From NCBI GenBank assembly GCA_013265495.1, contig MU057576.1, forward strand, positions 1-64,000: a stretch of DNA of 64,000 nucleotides, given 5' to 3'. This document shows, piece after piece, positions 53,865-64,000 of the stretch. Origin of the DNA: Vicugna vicugna. Its lineage: Eukaryota. A model generated the notes under the pieces. The model ran no database searches. It was not told the DNA's origin and saw only the letters and a list, made by a program, of their open reading frames with translations. The position numbers and the translations under genes were made by a program. The stretch's first letter is position 1. Every line of letters starts with the position of its first letter.

Positions 53865-53952
53865 GTTGGGTGTGGGTTTGTTGTTTGGTTGGTTGTTGCT
53901 GCTGCTGCTGCTGCTGCTGTTGTTGTTGTTGTTTTATTGTTGTTGTTGTTTT
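53865..53952. repeat. Compound (GTT)n/(GCT)n microsatellite inside an LTR
   Basis: gttgtt(gct)7 followed by gtt repeats. Confidence 0.9.
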
Positions 53953-55199
53953 GCAAAAACTCTTACGTATCCTGGTTCCTCGCTTACTTCTTTGGAACAG
54001 TCCCTCAGAGCTATCTGAGAGGCTGTGTCCTGGGCTTAAGTCCTCAGGATTGCCCCAAATAAAATATAACCCTCAACTTTCCGGTTGTGTTTTTCTGTTC
54101 AGCAGACAACAGGTTGGAAAGTTGATGAGGAAGGGGATGAATTATAAGCAGGTGAATGGAGGGAGTTCCTAACACACAGGCTGGCCTTACTTAGTCTCGG
54201 TAGACTCTCAAAGAACTGTGCTTAAGAAGCTGATGGGGGGCAAAGCCCAGGGTCAGAGCCACAAGAAAGACAGAGGAAGGAAATGTAAAAGGAGGTGATG
54301 ATTCAATCTATTTCTCAACTTTGCCCACCCTGAGTCCCCATTCCTACTGTCTCCTTCCAACATTCCAACATTCTCCCTTAAACATAAAGAAGCTTACTAA
54401 CTTCCACTCACCCCTTTCCTCTGTCTGAATCTTCCTTCATGCAAGTTTTCAAAACCAGAATTGAAGTACAAAATTTTCACTCCTCAAATTTCTAAACATG
54501 TGCCAAAGCTGCCAACTCCTGGGAGACACCAGTGTTGAACTCTGTTCAACTCGGGATGGAATTGTTTGTTTTCCCTGAATTTTATGTGAACAAACTTTAT
54601 TTTTTATAGAATCCGAACATTCAATTCAACTTGATGATTTTTTCAATCATTTACAACTTTCCCTTTATGTTCAACTCATATGAACTCGGATTCATATTCA
54701 AGTAAAGGAGGAAATCTATTTGCCAGAGCAATGTTGCTCATGTGCACAGTGAAGGAAAGAGGAAAGAAGGGTGAAATAAAAAAGACAGAAGCAGCATAAG
54801 TTGGATATATTTTCTTTTTACCAGAAGTAAAGAGACTTATCTCAAATTTTTTCCTCTTTAGGTAACAAACATTGTATGTTCCATTAGATGCTGTGATGCC
54901 AAAGGCAGCACCAGGAGTGTGATAGACAGCTGGGGTGTAGACTCTCTAGATGACCTTTCTTGTCTACATAATCAGAACAGGGCTAATTGTGAGATTCCTT
55001 GAAATTCACTCTTTCAACAAACACTTACAGCACCCCTGGAAATGTTCCCTCACAGAGCATTAGTAACTTCCATAGAAGCCCCATTGGTATTGTGGTATTC
55101 TAGAAATAACCTCCAATGGTCTTTGTGACAAGAAATTTGAAGCATCTTTCAGGACTGAGAGTGCCTTGTTCACCCATTCACTCTTTGATCTCCTGCAAT

Positions 55200-55730
55200 A
55201 CAAAATCTCCTACCACACAAAATCAGCCCAGTGCTGATCATCAAGGATGCAATGGCAGTAAAATCAGACACGGTTCCCAGTTGCAAGCAGCTCTCAGCTT
55301 AACGAGAAGACGTGTTATTTTTTGTTTTAAATATCCCACAAAAGAGGGATTAAACTAAAAACTGGGATAAGGACTATTAAAGGGAAAAAAGCTTTTTTAT
55401 GAGAGTCTGTTATAAAAGAACTGGACCTAGAATTTGATGCCAGGGAAGTTTTCTCTGAGAAAGTAAGGCCCTGGGGAGGGATGACAGTTAACCCAACAAA
55501 ATGAACAAAACAGGGTGTCAAGCATGGAGAATGACACAGAGAAAAGCCTGTGATAAGGGGGAGTGTGGCATATTCAAGGTACTGAAAACACAAGGCTAAT
55601 GTGCCTGGATGCTTGAAGAGGGAGGAAAGAGTAATGGAAGACAAAGCTAGAAAAAAGGGAGGCAGAGAATCTTACACACCTTTATGGGCCTTGATAAGCA
55701 TTATGATCTTTAGTCTTAGAGCAAAGTAAA
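55200..55730. mobile_element. L2 LINE fragments (others at about 280-390 and 16100-16345)
   Basis: cagggaagttttctctgagaaagta, aaggctaatgtgcctgga, typical L2 3' text. Confidence 0.5.
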
Positions 55731-55734
55731 TCAC

Positions 55735-55890
55735 CAAATAAGACTTGCAGTTGCCAGGGGGGAGGGAGGTGGGAAGGGATAAACTGGGAGTTTGAGATTT
55801 GCAGATACTGACAGGTATATATAAAATAGATAAACAGATTTATACTGTATAGCGTAGGGAAATATATTCAGTAGCTTGTAGTAGCTCATT
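55735..55890 (+). mobile_element. Internal L1 3'UTR fragment without poly(A)
   Basis: Closely similar to 14030-14180; stops abruptly at gtagctcat. Confidence 0.85.
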
Positions 55891-56022
55891 TAAATCCATT
55901 TCTTTCCCACCTTGCCTGCCCTAAACCTGGCCGCACAGGGGATTATAACCAATCAGACCAGGTACAAGAAGAGAACAGAAGACTATTAGAGCAGGCAGGA
56001 AGCATCAGAAAATGGGATGAAG

Positions 56023-56125
56023 TGACTGGGACATTGTGCTGTACACCAGAGACTGACACATCTTAATTGACTGTACTTCAATAAAAAATAAATTAAAAAT
56101 TAAATTTTTTCCTAAATTTTAAAAA
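56023..56125 (+). mobile_element. Very short L1 3' terminal insertion
   Basis: tgactgggacattgtgctgtacaccagag...aataaaaa; 16-bp TSD AGAAAATGG(G/A)ATGAAG at 56007-56022 and 56126-56141. Confidence 0.88.
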
Positions 56126-56299
56126 AGAAAATGGAATGAAGAACTCGGCTGGCAAATGCCTAGTGTCCTGCCTTGGGTATTGCCCTTCTGAGGCCCTGCC
56201 ATAATTATCCTGTAAGCCCTGCTTATCATTTTAATTCAAGTAGTTTCCAGCTTCATTTCAAATCATCCCTAGCAGTTTCAAAATAAGATTCTGCTGCTA

Positions 56300-58380
56300 C
56301 ACAGATGGAAGCCTATCCCAGGGTCAGATTACCTAGATTTAGAAAAGATAGAGAGACTTCTATTCTGGTAGGTAGGCATTCGCCCCTGTACAGAAAGAAA
56401 AAGCTGCAGAACATAGAGACCTCCATCCATTTTCTCAAGAAGATTCTCGAGTATGAAGTCTCTCAGGGGGATTTGAGAGAGGGGCTTAGGCAGGCTCACT
56501 GACACTGGTTGATTATAGGAATATAGCTTGGTAACTTCTTATGAGGTTCCCAGCAACCTTACCAGGTAAATAAGAAATGTTACCTCTTGACAGGTGTAGG
56601 AACCTCAAGATATTTGGGGGATTTCAGTGAGAGAGGAATTCACTCAAATCCATAGGCATTATAGGATAATCTGAAAAGTCTTTGGTGCAACTTTTCCTGG
56701 CCGTGAAAGGCCTTTTAAAGTTCTGTGATTCCTTATGAAAAATTCCAGCAAAGCAAATTTAAAAGTACCTATATGATCAATTGCTATTTTTGATAAACTT
56801 ATATAAATAATCAGGCCAAGTTTATAGAAACCAGACTTATTTTGTAAATAAGTTAGTCTCACCTTGGGTACATTTGGTGGAAGGGAGGATGATTTTAGAG
56901 AAGAAAAGTATGTTTCAGTAATATACCTTCATGTATATTAAATTCTAGTGCTATTAATTATCTGTAAGGTTTGATATTTCCTGCCTAAGACTCACTATTA
57001 ACTGGCTCCTTGTTGCTGTGTTACATTATTACAAAGGTTAATTAAATTATTGAAAGACATTTTAAGCTTGCCTTCATAGTTTACCACAGTAATCTATCTT
57101 TTGATGAAGATCAAATACCCCATGATCTACAACCAGGAGCACGTACTGGAAAAGACATCATTTAAAGGACCCTCTCCAGCCTAGATGGAAAGGCCCTTAT
57201 CAGGTATTTTTAACTAGCTAATGCACCACAAACTAAAGGAAATTGACTCTTAGGTTCATATTTCCCACTTGTAAAGGGCCCCTGCACTGGACTGGTCTAT
57301 AGAGAGGATCACTAACCTCAAACTCACCTTATAGCAACTCTCAAACAGAGAAGACACTAGGACAAGAAGATGACATCAGAAGTAGACAGCTATACCAAGA
57401 CACCAGACTTGACCTGTATGATTATTTATAGTGTTTTCTTGACTTCTTGGACTTTCATATATGATTATGACCTTATTATTGCCACTAGCTATATTACTTG
57501 TATTCTGTTTATTTTACAAGATTGTTGTTTCTTGTATTTCACTATGTGCAACTGGGTTTCTGACAAAACAATGATGACTAAGTGACTAGAAACAATTGGC
57601 CAGCTATACAATTCTGTATAAGATTAAGATTGATTACAGTAGTGTAAACACTAGAGAGAATCATTTCCTGGACCATAACAGACTAGTGAAACAGGTGATC
57701 CGGGGACATTTATGCTTCCATTAGACCAGCCCAGTTCAGTCACAGGACATCAAGCGGTCTATCAATGAAATCATGTCTTCACCTGGGAATTAGCCTTCCT
57801 AGGGCCATGGGACAAATTGATCATAAAATGCCTCCCAAACTTTGTTTGAATTTGTAACCAAAAGGGGCAAACAAAAGAAAAGCAAAGAGCATTTCACTCA
57901 GCATCCAAGTCTGCAAAGATTAACATGCTGCTGTCACTGACTGACAGCACATTCAGCACTTTAGACAAAGGGATTAAGGCAGTAACAGGATGAAGCAAGC
58001 ACTCTGTGATTCAGGCAGAAGAAATTAAAGATTGTAACAAGATGCTCTGTGCCTTGGACAAACACTCCCTTAGATAGATGCCTTTCAGGAAGAATTTTAA
58101 TGAACCTCACTTCTTGCATTTTGCCATACATAGAAAAGCACTGCAATCATTAACTTGAGATTACTGTTCTTTTTGACTAGCAGTAATCATTCACCAAGAT
58201 GTATGCTCAAGTGGGTGTATTCACTAATAAAAATTACATATAAACTAGCCTTCCCCCCATCTCTTTGGAAGAGTTCCTCAGAGCTAGCTGAGAGGCTGGC
58301 TCCCGGGTTATAGTCCTCAGTAAGATATTGAATAGACCTTAACTCAACACTCACATTGTGCATTATCCTTCCAGCTGATA
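56300..58380 (+). mobile_element. Second ERV1-class remnant: internal region plus 3' LTR (about 57870-58380)
   Basis: 57144-57221 translates YWKRHHLKDPLQPRWKGPYQVFLTS (integrase C-terminal GPY/F module); purine tract near 57860; LTR similar to 53740-54108 (cttgcatttt.ccata, cctcagagcta.ctgagaggctg). Confidence 0.8.
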
Positions 58381-59704
58381 CTATTTCCATTTTATTTGCT
58401 TTGTTGCTACTAACAGCCTCAGAATTTTTTGGAAAGAGGAGAAATAGAAATGAGTTTAATCAGACAAACCAAAAAATACATATTTTGAGTTTATCCTAAG
58501 AGCACCATGTCTGAGGAATGGGTGAATGGAGATTGAGAACAAGAACGCTACAACATGGGATAAGTTTGAAACAATTATGGAAGCCAAATACCTTTTCCTG
58601 GGCCTTCCAGGATGTGATGGCTCTTCATATATTTTAAGAATGGAGTTATTGGATCCCCACCCAGGGAGAGCTCTGAGATCATTTTTTTTATGTGCCTATT
58701 GGCCATTTGTATGTCTTCATTGGAGATTTGCTTATTTATGTCTTGAGGCAGTACATGAAATTAATCGTCATTTTTTCACAGTCTTTTTATATATTATATT
58801 CACATCAGGTAAGTCCTTCCCATATAACTTCTTTTCTAATTTTTTTTTCTGTATTTGCTCATTGCATTTTCATAGCTGGGTTACAATTTTTTTCTCCTTG
58901 CAAAAGTAATATATATGCATTTTTATTTCAAAAAATACAATGTGAAAATAGAATGTTTCTTAGGTAACTTTTTAATTATTTTGTTCAATTCCTTTTAAAT
59001 TCCTGTCATTATTTTAATTATGTATGTACTATACCCATAATTAAGAAGTTAACCTCTTCATAACCTTGAAAATGATCCTCATATGTTCTTTTATGTTCCT
59101 TGGGAGTACTTTTTGGATCCAGTACATATGGATCCAGTACATATGGATTCCTGCCTCACTGTATTAATTTTGTTCCTAGGTACTTCATATTTTATAGTAT
59201 TTAAATATGATGCTATTCTTATTTTTAACTGGTTTTGCTGATATATTGCAAAGCTAATTATGTTGTAGCTGGCCTTACAGTTTTTCAATTGCTTTTCTTA
59301 AATTTTCTAGAGAAACAATTGTATCATCTAAAAATAATGATTTATTTTGTAAATAAATGCATAGCTCTTCTTTTTGGTTCCTTTTTTTTTTTTTTCCTGC
59401 CTCACTGCATCCCCTACAACAGTGTTATAGAATCCGTGATCTACAGAACCCTGTTGTACCATGAATTTGGAAAATCCTGGGTATTTCATTTTCCTCTCAT
59501 AGGTTTACAACTTACACTTCTTGTCTAGGGCTATGTGAATTCATATGGTAACGAAACCCAGTTAAACCTATTTAACTTTGTATCACTAGTGTACCTAGTA
59601 TCTAAAAAATATACATTGGCAATCCCAGTCTCAAATATCCTCATCCTGCAAGCTTATGTCCTCTTAGCCTTTCCCACCTAGAAATTCTACAGTCACTACT
59701 GCTT

Positions 59705-59843
59705 GGGGGAAGGGTGTAGCTCAAGTGGTAGAGTGCATGTTCAGCATCCAAGAGGTCCCAGGTTCAGTCCCCAGTACCTCCTTCAAGCTGAGATCAATGA
59801 AGGAAACTAGTCACCTTCCCCTCAGAAAAAACAAACAATACAA
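59705..59843 (+). mobile_element. tRNA-derived SINE (Vic-1-like, more diverged)
   Basis: gggggaagggtgtagctcaagtggtagagtgcatg...ggttcagtccccagtacctcc; flanking ACTGCTT repeat. Confidence 0.9.
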
Positions 59844-60373
59844 ACCACTGCTTGTAAAACCTGTGTTCACAGGTTGAAGTTAAGACAACTCTGGACAACA
59901 ATTTCTGAACAATATTGAAAAATAGTTGTGATAAAAAAGCATCTTTGAGTTATGATGTGTCATCATAGTTAAATCTGTCAGTTTATGTTTTTCTTTCTTG
60001 AATGGACTTGCCAGGGGTTTATATAACTGATCTTTTAAAAGAATCTTCTCTTTAATTGACCAGTTCTATACTTTCTGTGTGCTTTAATTTGATTCCTGCT
60101 TTTATGTTTACTATGTTTTCCTTGAATGTACTTTGCCATCATCCTTCCTAATTTGGGGGTTTAGATCCTTCGTTCATTATTTTCATATTTTCAACTACAC
60201 ATAAAAATGTATGGGTTTTAGCCAAATGCTAAAATACTACCCCTCTTATTAAAGAAAAGAAAGTGGAGGAGACTGGTTAAATTTCAGGCTCGTTGCTTCT
60301 CTCATAGACTGCAATACATTAATTAAACCTCATATCAGAAAAGCTAATGTAGATAAGAATAAAGAAGGTAAGG

Positions 60374-62354
<1,981 letters not shown>

Positions 62355-62564
62355 GGAATGCAAGGCTTTTGGAAACAAGTTTGAAAAATAATGAGATATG
62401 AAGGACCCAAACACCCAGTTTCCTTTCAGCTGTGGGCAAATCCAAGTCACGTAACTGGCATAGGAGAGCTCCACTGAAATGAAAACACATCATCTTCAGG
62501 GAATCTTCTGGAAATAAAAATAGGCCTTATATTCAACCCAAATTTGTTTTATGATTTGAGAGGC

Positions 62565-62920
62565 TATCTTCATTTGGGTCCCTCCAGAAGCCAACCCTGC
62601 AGCAAGAATTCTCAAGTAAGTGGTTCATTTGGAAAGCAATCCCAGGAAACAGCAGTAGGGGAGTGTGGAAGTGAGGGGAGGAAGGAAGGAAGACAATAAA
62701 AAGAACATTGTCAAGCAAGTTCCCACTATGGACCCCTAGAGCTTGATTCTGCTATGGAACCCTGAGGCCAGTGTAGAGCATGTGCCTCAGAATTGCCCAC
62801 CCCAGGGGTGAGGAAGCTGGGGTAGTTATATATCCAACAACTCCCATCAGCTGGTAGAAGACTGCTAAATGTAGGGGCCACTACTGGTCAGCAGTTTGCA
62901 CATGCGAAGTCCACAGTGGG
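62565..62920. mobile_element. Ancient ERVL LTR (LTR33/LTR16-like)
   Basis: tttgggtccctccagaagccaaccctg...atttggaaagcaatcccaggaaacagcagtagggg. Confidence 0.55.
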
Positions 62921-63861
62921 GAATCAGATTGACCAGCATTAAGCGATAAATGTGAGGAGATATGATGGGGGTGGAGAGTGAGGGGATGGGAAGTGTCCTG
63001 ACAGCCGTGTATGGGCATTGGATTTCCTTCCAATGACCAGCCATAAATGTCTCACCCAGGCTTGATACCAGTGCCTGCAGTTACTGATGGGCTAATTTGC
63101 TTTCTGGGAGACATAAAACTTTAAAAGGGATTTGTTTCTGGTCTAAATGTGACTATGACCTACTTTCATCTCATCATCAGAGAAGCATCCTCTGGAAATG
63201 CAACCAAGAAAGAGCAAAGGTTGAGCCCACGGATGCTGTCCAGGAGTGGAAAAGCTGCACGGAGCCAGGGATGCAGAAAGTCTCTCTCCAAAGTTAAGAC
63301 ACATCAGAAATCTCTCTGGGGTTGTTGCTAAAGGGATTCAAACTTCAGGGTGTCGAGGTGAACAGAGGAGTAAAAAAGGCAAAGGAGACAAATTGCACCT
63401 TCATGACAATTTTACTGTCTTAACAGTTGCTTTACTCTCTAGAGACTCCTGCTGTTTCAGGCCCTAAACCGTCATTAAGGGAAAGCATCATGTCTCCTAG
63501 CTCTAGTTCAGTCTAGATGATCTGAGGTCAATTTCTTCTGAACAGAAAGGGAAATAAAAACTGCTACACCCAGGGAGTAGTTGTAACAACTGATTAAATG
63601 TAGGGAAAGCCTTTTGATCACTAAGTGTTTGCTAATAAAAGCAAGTAGTTCTCACAAGAATTTGTTCAGCTTAATTAGTGAGGCAATTTGTTCTCCAAAG
63701 CACAATACAAATGCAATATAAATAAAAGGGATTTGACCCTGTTTTTCATTGCCAATTTCCCAAGAATGGAGAATAATAAAATCTAGGTTCCAGTGCCTCG
63801 TTTACAAAGATGAATTTACTCTCCAAAGTTATATTTTGAAAATTAAAATGTGTTCCTACCA

Positions 63862-64000
63862 GAGATTTCTGGTCAAGATGGTGAAGTGGTAGGACCACGA
63901 GCTCACCTTTCTTTGCTACTACAAGAAAAAACACAATTCACTGCTAGGCAACCATCAAAAAAGAAGAAAGACTGGAACCTAGCAAAGAAGATCACCTTCA
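63862..64000 (+). mobile_element. 5' end of another L1 running off the window
   Basis: ctggtCAAGATGGtgaagtggtaggaccacgagctcacct resembles the L1 starts at 36941 (-) and 48196 (+). Confidence 0.75.

Larger units (their letters stand above)
46725..54108 (+). mobile_element. Decayed ERV1-class (MER34/MER4-group-like) provirus interrupted by an L1
   Basis: Begins TG, ends CA, 4-bp TSD ACAG at 46721-46724 and 54109-54112; LTR segment aggatgttgca..catcagcca.tgcagc shared by 46763-46796 and 53615-53651; 3' LTR about 53610-54108 with AATAAA at 54058. Confidence 0.8.

Noticed and set aside
53844..54172. Poly-Ala/Val and poly-Cys ORFs
   Set aside because: Translation artefacts of the GCT/GTT microsatellite.
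54534..54697. Two 7-bp hairpins (gttgaac/gttcaac and atatgaa/ttcatat) with repeated gttcaactc
   Set aside because: Stems too short to distinguish from chance or an ancient repeat; no ncRNA can be supported.

Overview
Mammalian genomic DNA, very probably camelid (alpaca/llama/camel), judged from six copies of a tRNA-derived SINE resembling the camelid Vic-1 family. The window holds the 3' part of TACR1 (substance P / neurokinin-1 receptor) on the + strand: exon 3 (29460-29610), exon 4 (37549-37745) and the exon 5 CDS (39314-39605), all with canonical splice sites and an open joined frame. Bases 1-29459 are therefore probably intron 2. A disabled processed KPNA2 (importin alpha) retrocopy lies at 60374-62354. 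The rest is mostly interspersed repeats (L1, ERV1, MLT, MER, MIR, L2), and nearly all short ORFs in the track are spurious or repeat-derived. I found no clearly new gene system. The most unusual observations are: (1) three separate L1 copies that all lose ORF2 sequence starting in the same ~45-nt stretch of the endonuclease domain, two of them also losing the whole reverse transcriptase (HAL1-like); (2) an inverted pair of same-family L1s bracketing TACR1 exon 3; (3) a conserved in-frame stop in the intron 4 donor that can give the truncated NK1 receptor; (4) a SINE-in-L1-in-provirus nest with readable target-site duplications. Repeat family names and comparisons to human sequence come from memory and need RepeatMasker/BLAST confirmation.
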